64,000 bases of DNA from contig JBAZYF010000001.1 of assembly GCA_041659505.1 (NCBI GenBank), forward strand, positions 502,712-566,711, given 5' to 3'. The notes under the pieces were generated by a model, which worked only from the letters and a program-made list of their open reading frames with translations, was not told the origin of the DNA and searched no databases. Shown here piece by piece: positions 1 through 8,073 of this stretch (its first letter is position 1; each line of letters opens with the position of its first letter). The stretch is from Parcubacteria group bacterium (GTDB lineage: Bacteria > Patescibacteriota > Minisyncoccia > Moranbacterales > UBA2206). The translations under genes were made by a program, and so were the position numbers.

Positions 1-9
1 AATGTCTGT

Positions 10-417
10 ATGGCCGAGGAACTTGCTCCAACTGCGGAAGTTATGGCAGAAAAGAAGGTGGAGGAAGTAAAAAAGGAAGAAAATGTAATTGAAACTAAAA
101 AAGTACCTAATAATAGCAATCTTCCAGAAGGGAAATTCATTATCAATGCTTCAGCGTATACTGCTGCGGCAGATGAGTGTGGCAAAAGCGATGGAATTAC
201 CGCTTCGGGAAAAAAGGTAAAGGAAAATGAGACAATCGCTTGTCCAAAAAACTTTGCTTTTGGAACAAAGGTCAACATCGAAGGCTATGGGACTTACATC
301 TGCCAAGATCGCGGAGGTGCGATTAAGGGGAATAAGATTGATATCTACATGGAAACAAAAGCGCAAGCGTTTGCTTTCGGTAGACGAAACTTAGTCGCCC
401 AGATTGTGACTGAATAG
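10..417 (+). CDS. 3D-domain (MltA/YabE-like) cell-wall-binding protein
   Basis: C-terminal 'DGITASG...IACP...FGTKVNIEGYGTYICQDRGGAIKGNKIDIY' resembles the 3D domain; intrinsic terminator follows. Confidence 0.55.
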   Translation: MAEELAPTAEVMAEKKVEEVKKEENVIETKKVPNNSNLPEGKFIINASAYTAAADECGKSDGITASGKKVKENETIACPKNFAFGTKVNIEGYGTYICQDRGGAIKGNKIDIYMETKAQAFAFGRRNLVAQIVTE

Positions 418-426
418 TTAAAAAGA

Positions 427-455
427 GCACTCCGAGTAATCGGGGTGCTTTTTTT
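427..455 (+). terminator. rho-independent terminator (GCACTCCG...CGGGGTGC + T7)
   Basis: GC hairpin followed by TTTTTTT immediately after stop of 10..417. Confidence 0.5.
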
Positions 456-569
456 ATGCAAATTTTCAAATAAAAAAACCTTTCTGCTATGTTTAGCAAA
501 AAGGTTTGGAGTGGTGGGATTTTCTGGGGATAGGTTAAGAATTTTAGTGAGGCGCGGCGTCTAAATAAA

Positions 570-1259
570 TCAGGCGACTTTTTGGAAAAGTACGGAATGA
601 ATTTTGATTCCATTAACATCATCTTCCGGGCAATTTTCCATGTAGTCAATTACTTTTAAGGCGGGAAATTCAGCGATGAGTTTTTCGATTGTGAAACAGC
701 GCATATAATGCTTTCCCCACAGACAGAAGTCTTTACCTTTTGGAACCTTGAATTTTTCCGGCAATGGATCGGCGAATTGGGAGCTGATTAGATATCCGCC
801 ATATCTGAGACAGCTTAAGATGTTATCTTTGTATGCTGGAAGGTATGCTCTGCGGATATGATCCATTACAGACCAATCAATTACAAGACTAAATGCAAGA
901 TCTAATTTCAAGTGGCTATCAAGAAGGGCTGTGGGTAAAGTAAAGTCTAAATTTTCAAGGTAAAATCTTGGATAGCCACCAATAGTTTCGCAACAATTTC
1001 TCAGTGCGTTTTCGGAGATATCAATCCCCAGTAGTGGAATATTTTTTTCTAGAAAATATTTGGCATTGCGCCCGTCAGCTCCAATGCCGATATCCAGAAC
1101 ATTTCCGTAATAAATTCTTTTTACATGTTTTTCAAAAAGGGCAACCATCGATGGGCTGGGAGTTGTTCCCCAACCATATCCTCGCTCCAGCCGTGTCGCT
1201 GGATCCTGATACGCTTCGTCGTAAAAATCCTTTTCGATTTTAAGGTGCTTTGGTTTCAT
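570..1259 (-). CDS. class I SAM-dependent methyltransferase
   Basis: 'VLDIGIGADGRNAKYF...LLGIDISENAL' Rossmann-type MTase motif I/II. Confidence 0.55.
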   Translation of the reverse strand: MKPKHLKIEKDFYDEAYQDPATRLERGYGWGTTPSPSMVALFEKHVKRIYYGNVLDIGIGADGRNAKYFLEKNIPLLGIDISENALRNCCETIGGYPRFYLENLDFTLPTALLDSHLKLDLAFSLVIDWSVMDHIRRAYLPAYKDNILSCLRYGGYLISSQFADPLPEKFKVPKGKDFCLWGKHYMRCFTIEKLIAEFPALKVIDYMENCPEDDVNGIKIHSVLFQKVA

Positions 1260-1447
1260 TTTGACCTCCTTTGGTTAATTTTCTTTCATCTCAAATTTCA
1301 AAACTTTTTTGAAACCTGGGAAAAGAAGGCGAGCAGGATGCGATGATCTGCGGGCTCGCCTTGAAACCTAAAGAAAGAACAATTTCAGGAGAATTAGAAA
1401 ATATCTTCCCCAAGTAGTATCTCTTTTTAAAAGTTATTTCTACTCGA

Positions 1448-1813
1448 TTACTCAGCCTTTAACGAACAAATCAAACGCGGTATTTCCTTCCTTAAAAAAT
1501 CACTTATGCTGGAAGGATCTGCGGACAAGTTACACCCGGCCGCTTGCTGCAATGCCCGAATGTTGGGATTGCTACTTGAAGCAACCATGATCGCTTCAGG
1601 GAATTTTTCCCTTGCCAATTTAATAAGATCAATGCTGATTCCATCCGGAAGATTAAAGTCCCAAATGATTAGTTGGAATTTATGTTGTATGATTATACAT
1701 GATGCCTGTAGTAGAGTTGTCGCCCAATAGACATCACAACCAAATTCTTCGCAAGTAAATCCAATGTTTTCACCTGTTGCAAGATGATCTTCGACTATTA
1801 ATACTTTTATCAT
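1448..1813 (-). CDS. single-domain response regulator (CheY-like receiver)
   Basis: 'MIKVLIVEDH...IIWDFNLPDGISIDLIKLAREKFPE' receiver domain; start moved to internal ATG preceded by AAAGGA RBS (ORF track start 2020 rejected). Confidence 0.6.
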   Translation of the reverse strand: MIKVLIVEDHLATGENIGFTCEEFGCDVYWATTLLQASCIIIQHKFQLIIWDFNLPDGISIDLIKLAREKFPEAIMVASSSNPNIRALQQAAGCNLSADPSSISDFLRKEIPRLICSLKAE

Positions 1814-1919
1814 TTTATTGTCCTTTTTATAATGTACAATTTTTATCTCCCCAAGAATCCATTTCTTAGTTTGACTCTGGAGCATAGCAGATAAAACAAC
1901 ACGTGTCAACAAAATATTG

Positions 1920-1948
1920 TTGACGACAATAAGAAATTGATGTATAAT
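1920..1948 (+). promoter_or_regulatory. sigma70-like promoter TTGACG-N17-TGTATAAT (extended -10) upstream of TrmB-like gene
   Basis: near-consensus -35/-10 with 17-nt spacer; about 210-nt structured leader (perfect 10-bp hairpin GGTTCAAGTC/GACTTGAACC near 2107-2130) before ATG at 2165. Confidence 0.4.
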
Positions 1949-2164
1949 GGGTCTAGGATAAGCGAAATTGGGCTTGGGGTGTCGCTTTATGGTTGACGGG
2001 GTAAAAAGCTTAAAATTCACTGCATTGTCGGTTCAGTGTCTCCTGACCTGAACTACCTAGTTCTTATTTGGATTTGTGGTGAAAAGTTAGCTGGTTAGAA
2101 ATAAAAGGTTCAAGTCAGAGACTTGAACCAACGCTGGATGTAATTATTAACAAAAATCAATCTT

Positions 2165-2911
2165 ATGGAACAAGAACTATTAGCTTTGGGGCTGACTTGG
2201 AATGAGGTGAAAGTATACAAAAGCCTAATGAAACTGGGCGAGACACAAGTGGGTGGCGTGATTGCTGATCTCAAAATTCATCGTCAGATTGCCTATAACG
2301 CCCTTGACGCGCTCGAAAAGCGCGGGATGGTGGCGAAGACGATGAAAAATAAGTTTCAGCACTATAAAATTGTGGATCCGGAAGTGATTGTGGAAAATGT
2401 GAGAAAGCAGGAAGCCTTAGCAGAAAGGTTAGCGCGGACCATCAAGCACGAGATGAAAAAAAGCCGGCACGAGAACGAGATTAACATCTATTCTGGCCAA
2501 GCCGGTGCGCAAAAATTTTATACATATGTCTATAAAAAAATGCCCAAAGGAGCGGAGACGTATATTATGGGCGTATCTGTGAAAGGACATTTGAACTCTT
2601 TAGGGGAAGATTTTATTCGAGGGACATATAATAAGCTAAAAACTGAAAAGCAAATAGTTGGAAAGCTGGTGATGGGTGAGAGTGAGCGCAATGATAATGA
2701 AGAATTTGGTGAAAAAACCAATCCGAAATTGCGAGAGTCTCGCTATTTGCCATATGAAAATAGCAATCCAGTGTCCACGACAATTTGGCCGGACAGAATC
2801 ACTTTCATGGCGACAGGCAAAGATATCTTTCTCATCGAAATCATCAATCAAGAATTTCGTGATTCCTATAAGGCTCATTTTGATATGCTTTGGAAGATGG
2901 CGAAGAAATAG
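2165..2911 (+). CDS. TrmB-family transcriptional regulator (paralog 1 of 3)
   Basis: N-terminal wHTH 'WNEVKVYKSLMKLGETQVGGVIADLKIHRQIAYNALDALEKRGMV' typical of TrmB; C-terminal sugar-binding-like domain. Confidence 0.55.
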   Translation: MEQELLALGLTWNEVKVYKSLMKLGETQVGGVIADLKIHRQIAYNALDALEKRGMVAKTMKNKFQHYKIVDPEVIVENVRKQEALAERLARTIKHEMKKSRHENEINIYSGQAGAQKFYTYVYKKMPKGAETYIMGVSVKGHLNSLGEDFIRGTYNKLKTEKQIVGKLVMGESERNDNEEFGEKTNPKLRESRYLPYENSNPVSTTIWPDRITFMATGKDIFLIEIINQEFRDSYKAHFDMLWKMAKK

Positions 2912-2969
2912 AGCGTTATAATTGACTTTAGGGCTTGAGCTTGGTAGTATTTACCTGTGGTCAAAAATT

Positions 2970-3040
2970 GGTCCGGTGGCCGAGCAGTTAGGCAAGGGTC
3001 TGCAAAACCCTGTACAGCAGTGCGAATCTGCTCCGGACCT
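2970..3040 (+). tRNA. tRNA-Cys (GCA)
   Basis: cloverleaf: acceptor GGTCCGG/CCGGACC, anticodon stem AGGGT/ACCCT with loop CTGCAAA, T-arm AGCAG-TGCGAAT-CTGCT; CCA not encoded. Confidence 0.7.
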
Positions 3041-3107
3041 CAAATTTCCATAAAATTTACTATTGTGGTATACTTATAAGGTGATATTAATCAACGAGTA
3101 TACCATT

Positions 3108-3578
3108 ATGAGAAAAAGAAGTTGGACAGAAAATGAATTGAAAAAAGCAGTTAAATTATCCACAAGCGTTAGACAGGTTTTGAAAAGATTGAAACTAAAA
3201 GAAGCTGGTGGAAATTATTCCCAAATAAAAAAGTTTTTAGCTGAATATAAAATAAACACGGAGCATTTTACGGGAAAGGGCTGGAACAAGGGGATGCGGG
3301 GAATTGGAAAGCCGCGAAGAAAATTAGAAGAGATTTTAAAGAAAAACACCGACTTTCAAAGTTTTAAGCTAAAGAAAAGATTATTTTTTGCAAAATTAAA
3401 GCCAAAGCGTTGTGAGGAATGCGGCTGGCATAAAGTATCTGATGATGGACGATTACCGCTAGAACTTGATCACATTAATGGTGACAGTAAAGACAATCGA
3501 TTGGAAAACTTGCGCGTGCTATGTCCCAATTGTCATAGCCTAAAACCAACACACAGAGGACGGAATCGAAAAAAATAA
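3108..3578 (+). CDS. HNH endonuclease (free-standing, homing-endonuclease-like)
   Basis: 'LELDHINGDSKDNRLENLRVLCPNCH' HNH motif; located between tRNA-Cys and tRNA-Leu; start set to ATG 3108. Confidence 0.7.
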   Translation: MRKRSWTENELKKAVKLSTSVRQVLKRLKLKEAGGNYSQIKKFLAEYKINTEHFTGKGWNKGMRGIGKPRRKLEEILKKNTDFQSFKLKKRLFFAKLKPKRCEECGWHKVSDDGRLPLELDHINGDSKDNRLENLRVLCPNCHSLKPTHRGRNRKK

Positions 3579-3582
3579 TTTT

Positions 3583-3665
3583 GGGCGAGTGGTGAAATGG
3601 TATACACTCGACACTTAAAATGTCGCGGAGCTTGCTCCATGAGGGTTCGAGTCCCTCCTCGCCCA
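3583..3665 (+). tRNA. tRNA-Leu (TAA), class II with long variable arm
   Basis: acceptor GGGCGAG/CTCGCCC, anticodon stem CGACA/TGTCG loop CTTAAAA, long variable arm CGGAGCTTGCTCCAT, T-loop TTCGAGT. Confidence 0.8.
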
Positions 3666-3684
3666 CAGTAAATTTAGCATCAAA

Positions 3685-3713
3685 AAATCGCCACTGAGGC
3701 GATTTATTTTTTC
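3685..3713. terminator. bidirectional intrinsic terminator (AAATCGCC..GGCGATTT flanked by A/T runs)
   Basis: hairpin with T-runs on both strands between tRNA-Leu (+) and UDG gene (-). Confidence 0.5.
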
Positions 3714-4294
3714 TCTTCTTGTTCAATTTTTGCAATAATTTTCGGAATCCGTTTGAAATCTTTGATGAGCGTTTCGCGCATTCCGCCATTATAGAGCGCC
3801 GCCGCAGGATGATAAAGTGTGTAGAAAATCTGCTTGCCCATACCTTCGATGTCTTTTCTCATCGCTTTGCCGTGAACTTCGGAAATCTTAAAACCAGGCA
3901 AAAATCTTTCCATCGAATGGCGGCCAAGCGTGACGATTAGTTTGGGCTGGATAATTTTTATTTGTTCCAAAAGCCAGGGCCAGCAAGCAGCGACTTCTTC
4001 GGGGAGCGGGTCGCGATTTTCCGGTGGGCGGCATTTGCAGACATTGGCGATGTAGACGTCTTCGCGTTTAAGCTTGATTGTCTCGAGCATTTCATTGAGA
4101 AATTTTCCGGCGGCACCGACAAAAGGCACTCCGGTTTCATCTTCTTTTCTTCCGGGTGCTTCACCGATAAACATAATTTTCGCATCGGCATTTCCTGCGC
4201 CGGGAACGACCTGGGTGCAACCTTTTCTTAGCGCGCACTGGGAACAGGCGAGCATTGCTGCGTTTAGTTTTTCGAGTTTGGATTGGTTTGACAT
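3704..4294 (-). CDS. uracil-DNA glycosylase, family 4 (Fe-S type)
   Basis: 'CSQCALRKGCTQVVPGAGNADAKIMFIGEAPG' and 'GEAPGRKEDETGVPFVGAAG' family-4 UDG motifs; start set to internal ATG (MSNQSK). Confidence 0.75.
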   Translation of the reverse strand: MSNQSKLEKLNAAMLACSQCALRKGCTQVVPGAGNADAKIMFIGEAPGRKEDETGVPFVGAAGKFLNEMLETIKLKREDVYIANVCKCRPPENRDPLPEEVAACWPWLLEQIKIIQPKLIVTLGRHSMERFLPGFKISEVHGKAMRKDIEGMGKQIFYTLYHPAAALYNGGMRETLIKDFKRIPKIIAKIEQEEKK

Positions 4295-4413
4295 GGAAGA
4301 AATGTAAAATGTAAAAATCAAAAATCAAAATGACAAATCAAAATAAAAAATTCGGAATTTAAGCATTTTGAATTTCACATTGTCATTTTGATATTTGCAT
4401 TTTGATTTTTAAT

Positions 4414-4941
4414 TTATTTCAAATCATGAATTCTCAATAGTTTAAAATTATCATTTTCAGTATTCCACACCGCAAACGTCGGTGGATAGATTTCTCCCGC
4501 AACATTGCCAGGATTGAGCACTGTACATTTTATCGATCCTTGGTCCGCCGTAGTTTCAACGGAGGAGACCCAAGGTTTATGCGTGTGACCATGAAAAACA
4601 AAAGCATATTTTCCAGTTTCCGCTAATCTTCTGGCTTCACGGGGAAAATGGACAAAGGCAATTTGCTTATTCTCAATTATAGTTTCGCCGAAATTTTTGA
4701 ATAAAAAAGTCTGGCGATATTTTTCTACTGATTCAAGCTCGCGCAGTTCGGTGTAATCGGCATTACCGAAAGTGTAATAAATAACGCCTGCAAAATTATC
4801 ATTCATGAGATCAAGCACTTCTTTTGAGGCTAAGTCTCCGCAACAAATGAGCGTGGTAATTTTTTGTTCGGCGCAATAACGCAAAACTTTTTCCAAGTTG
4901 ACTTCGTTATTGTGAATGTCGGAGGTGATGGCGATTTGCAT
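4414..4941 (-). CDS. metallophosphoesterase (YfcE/MJ0936-like phosphodiesterase)
   Basis: 'MQIAITSDIHNN...CCGDLAS...FHGHTHKP' calcineurin-like motifs. Confidence 0.7.
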   Translation of the reverse strand: MQIAITSDIHNNEVNLEKVLRYCAEQKITTLICCGDLASKEVLDLMNDNFAGVIYYTFGNADYTELRELESVEKYRQTFLFKNFGETIIENKQIAFVHFPREARRLAETGKYAFVFHGHTHKPWVSSVETTADQGSIKCTVLNPGNVAGEIYPPTFAVWNTENDNFKLLRIHDLK

Positions 4942-4950
4942 ATTATTTTT

Positions 4951-5697
4951 TTATTTTCTATTATCCAACATTCTCCAATTAAGTTCAAAGATGGTTTTTA
5001 GGGTAATGTAGATTTTTTCACTTTCAATGATGAGGCCTAGGTTTTCCTTGAAGGACATAATGCCGATTTTTCTTTTGCCATAGAGGTTTATCTCAACTTC
5101 CAGGCATAGTTCACGGGAATCATAGAGGCGGGTTTCTCGCAGGTGCTTTTTATCCTCCGCCTGAATCTTTTGCACAACTCCCAGATTTTGTCCAATAGCG
5201 CGCATCCAAATTTTTTTCTCAATTCTTTTTTTGAGATAATAATCCCACATATAATTTTCATCAAAATAGGTGAAGACGTCCGTCGTGCCCCACATCAGGA
5301 TTTCTTGTCCGGGATAATTTAGGGTGTCTTGATAGACATTTTTGATTCCTTCACTACCTTCAAAATACTTCACGTCCGGTTTTTTGTCGATGCAGCTGGC
5401 CAGCGAGAGTAGTTGCGGAAGAATTCCCTTGAGCACGGTTTTCTTTTCTTCCAGCTGATTTTCCAAAATTCTCGGATCCTCGGCATAATAGAGCGTGCGT
5501 TTTTTTCTTTTTGTTGTTCCGATGAGACCCTTGGCTTTTAGTGCTTCGATTACATCATAGACGGTTGTGCGTTTGATCTTGGATTTGCGAGAAATTTGCT
5601 CGACAGTCGTTTCGCCCAATTCTAAAAGCTCGACATAAACATCAGCTTCACGCTCCGAGAGGTTGAGTTTTTCCAGTTGCTTTTTGAGAATAGCCAT
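4951..5697 (-). CDS. TrmB-family transcriptional regulator (paralog 2)
   Basis: N-terminal wHTH 'LSEREADVYVELLELGETTVEQISRKSKIKRTTVYDVIEALKAKGLI'. Confidence 0.55.
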   Translation of the reverse strand: MAILKKQLEKLNLSEREADVYVELLELGETTVEQISRKSKIKRTTVYDVIEALKAKGLIGTTKRKKRTLYYAEDPRILENQLEEKKTVLKGILPQLLSLASCIDKKPDVKYFEGSEGIKNVYQDTLNYPGQEILMWGTTDVFTYFDENYMWDYYLKKRIEKKIWMRAIGQNLGVVQKIQAEDKKHLRETRLYDSRELCLEVEINLYGKRKIGIMSFKENLGLIIESEKIYITLKTIFELNWRMLDNRK

Positions 5698-5928
5698 GGT
5701 AAAAGATATTTTGTCGGCGAAAGGGTCGTTTTGGATAGGTTAGCATAGAGACTAGAATTTGTCTATATTTAGGTAAAAAATAGCTTAGATTGTGTCTAGT
5801 ATAGTAATTTTATTAAAAAATGACATAAAATCTTTTAAATAGTATAGGCTGTAATTTCACAGATATCGAAGGTTGTTTGACAATTTAATTCACTTGGATG
5901 CACTTAAAAAGTGTAGAAGGAGGTGTTT

Positions 5929-6048
5929 ATGGAATTAAATGAGTTGCTAATAATAGGTTTGTTTTTTGTAATCGGCGCTGTTTTTTTGGCATATTTCACT
6001 TTCATATTGCAAAAAATAAAAAAATGGATACAAAATAATAAAAAATAA
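5929..6048 (+). CDS. small hydrophobic peptide (39 aa, single TM), not in ORF track
   Basis: GAAGGAGGTG RBS 8 nt upstream of ATG; 'MELNELLIIGLFFVIGAVFLAYFTFILQKIKKWIQNNKK'; stop overlaps start of next ORF (TAAATG). Confidence 0.4.
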   Translation: MELNELLIIGLFFVIGAVFLAYFTFILQKIKKWIQNNKK

Positions 6049-6303
6049 ATGAGCGAAGGTGTGAAAGGAGGTTTTATGTTTAGGAACATCGAGAAGTTCT
6101 TTGAAAAAAAGCTTAGATGCCGAGCATCTAAGGTGGAGGGGGTGAGCTGCCCCAAATGCAGCTCTTTTAACTTGGAGTTAAAAAGAAGAGAATTTTTAGA
6201 GAGAGGTAGTTACGGAGGAGCAGTTTTTCATTTGGAGTATAAGTGCCTTGATTGCGAAACGGAATTGGAGACTACTCGTGAACTGTTGATGACACTTCGT
6301 TAG
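6049..6303 (+). CDS. zinc-ribbon protein (CPKC...CLDC), hypothetical
   Basis: two CxxC pairs; alternative start at 6076 preceded by AAAGGAGG. Confidence 0.5.
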   Translation: MSEGVKGGFMFRNIEKFFEKKLRCRASKVEGVSCPKCSSFNLELKRREFLERGSYGGAVFHLEYKCLDCETELETTRELLMTLR

Positions 6304-6391
6304 AAATAGGTCGAGGCATGAAAGTTTTTAACAAAGCTTTCCTGTTTTTTATTGCGAATAAAAAAACCAGTCAAAGCGGGACTGGCACCGG

Positions 6392-6901
6392 TTATTTTTT
6401 CAGGTGTTTTGCTTGGGGGCAGTTGATGCAAGAGAAATAATAAATCTTGTTTTTGCTTGCGAAAATTGCACAGCTTCCAATGAAAGTGCAACCGCCGCTT
6501 TGATGAAGGGCTACTTCTCTAGGGTGAAGTTCGCGAGACAGTTTGGTCATAATAATCTCATTTCCCGATTCAGTGCGGACGTATTTTTTTAGCCGCCGGA
6601 GCTCACTCATTTCTCGTTTCTTGGCATACGCTTTCAGTATATCTTTATATGTAGGCATAGGGACTGGCTTTCGGCGAACTGCAGGAACTGATTTTTGCCG
6701 TTTTTGGTCAAATATTTTCCAATCCATCCAGGATTCAGCGGGAATACCATAAAGTGATTTTAGCCAATTTCTTACTTTTTTAAAATTACTACTTTCAAAT
6801 AATTCTTTTTCCTCCTTTGATAGCATATCGTAGTAATCTGTGTCCGACAGCTTATCTTTCCGATTGTTTAAATCACTGCCAGTTGCATTGTTCATGCGCA
6901 T
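6392..6901 (-). CDS. hypothetical protein with C-terminal Cys cluster
   Basis: 169-aa ORF; 'GGCTFIGSCAIF...CINCPQAKH'. Confidence 0.4.
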   Translation of the reverse strand: MRMNNATGSDLNNRKDKLSDTDYYDMLSKEEKELFESSNFKKVRNWLKSLYGIPAESWMDWKIFDQKRQKSVPAVRRKPVPMPTYKDILKAYAKKREMSELRRLKKYVRTESGNEIIMTKLSRELHPREVALHQSGGCTFIGSCAIFASKNKIYYFSCINCPQAKHLKK

Positions 6902-6967
6902 CCCTCCTTAAATTAATGTTATTTTTTGGTAAAGAGCCGGTCTTTTGTTGGACTGATCTGAAAAAAT

Positions 6968-7789
6968 TTAGCCTCTGAATTTTTTGAGGAGCTTAATATC
7001 TTCTATTACTCTATCATGATCAGTTTCTAAAATCATATCAGTATTATTTTCTTTGGCGAATGTGACAATATTTTGAAATGCGGCTTCGCCAATTTTGCCT
7101 TCGCCAATATGGGCGTGGCGGTCACGCTTGGAATCGAAATCAGTCAAGCTGTCGTTGGCGTGGAAAAGTTTAATTTTTTTCAAACCCAATTCTTGGTCGA
7201 TCCGCGTAAGGGTTTTCTCAAAATCTCGCCAGTCATAACCGGAAGCAAAAGAGTGTTGAGTGTCGAGGCAAATTCCGGCTATGGCTTTACTTTTTACTCC
7301 ATCAATTATAGTTTTGAGATCAGCGAGCGAACTGCCGATAATTTCTCCCGCGCCGGCGCTGTTTTCCAAAAGAAGTTTAGTTTTTCCGGAATAATTTTCC
7401 AAAGTTTTTTTGAGCATCTCAATTACTTTTTGGATCGACTCGTCGTGAGTCATGCCTTTGGCTGATCCGAGGTGGGTCATGACATATTTCGCACCGATGA
7501 GGCTTCCGCGCTCCAGTTCGTCGCGAACGATTGGGACTGAGCCGTAGCGGATTTTGTTATCCAATGAAGCGAAGTTGATATAGTATGGCGTGTGGATGTA
7601 GGTGGCAAGAATTTTGAATTTTGAATTTTGAATTTTGAACTGCGCGCAGATTTCCGGCGTCAGTTCTGGCGCTTTGCCACCGCGCGGGGAGCGGGTGAAA
7701 ATTTGCATCACTTCACAACCTAAATCAGCGGCTCGTTCGGGAGCATTGATTATTCCGCCAGCGATGGAGACGTGAGCGCCTATGTTCAT
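6968..7789 (-). CDS. nfo: endonuclease IV (AP endonuclease family 2)
   Basis: 'MNIGAHVSIAGG...' TIM-barrel AP endonuclease motifs, 'HANDS' and 'HAHIGEGKIG' metal-binding motifs. Confidence 0.85.
   Translation of the reverse strand: MNIGAHVSIAGGIINAPERAADLGCEVMQIFTRSPRGGKAPELTPEICAQFKIQNSKFKILATYIHTPYYINFASLDNKIRYGSVPIVRDELERGSLIGAKYVMTHLGSAKGMTHDESIQKVIEMLKKTLENYSGKTKLLLENSAGAGEIIGSSLADLKTIIDGVKSKAIAGICLDTQHSFASGYDWRDFEKTLTRIDQELGLKKIKLFHANDSLTDFDSKRDRHAHIGEGKIGEAAFQNIVTFAKENNTDMILETDHDRVIEDIKLLKKFRG
7609..7636. repeat. (GAATTTT)x4 heptanucleotide tandem repeat inside nfo coding sequence
   Basis: perfect 4 copies of a 7-nt unit; encodes FKIQNSKFKI. Confidence 0.8.
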
Positions 7790-7865
7790 AATAGTTAATT
7801 GGACTATTTTTAGTGTAGTTTTATTTTAGCACAAAAATTAATTATGTTCAGATAGTGTTTTCTTT

Positions 7866-8068
7866 GTGTCATTCCCGCGGAGGCGGGAATCCAGGCACCT
7901 CAGGCTTAAAATAAAGATAAAACGAATTATTGAAATTCAAGACTAGCTGAAATTGAGAGCTTGCTGGACTTGTATTTCGATTTTCCAGAGTTGGTAACTA
8001 GTGGAAACTGGATTCCCGCCTTGCTCCACCGCTAAAGCTAAGGCGGCACGCGGTCGCGGGAATGACAC
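7866..8068. mobile_element. MITE-like element family A, copy 1 (203 bp; terminal inverted repeats GTGTCATTCCCGCGGAGGCGGGAATCCAGG)
   Basis: TIRs that each fold into a hairpin themselves; homologous copies at 21479-21670 and 54599-54748. Confidence 0.7.
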
Positions 8069-8073
8069 ACCTA

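Noticed and set aside
1814-2020. Upstream extension of the response-regulator ORF (start at 2020)
   Set aside because: The receiver domain begins at the internal ATG (1813), which has an AAAGGA RBS. The extension has no conserved sequence and would run into the divergent promoter.
5904-6155. 83-aa minus-strand ORF
   Set aside because: No RBS. It overlaps a plus-strand small peptide with a strong RBS and the start of the zinc-ribbon gene.
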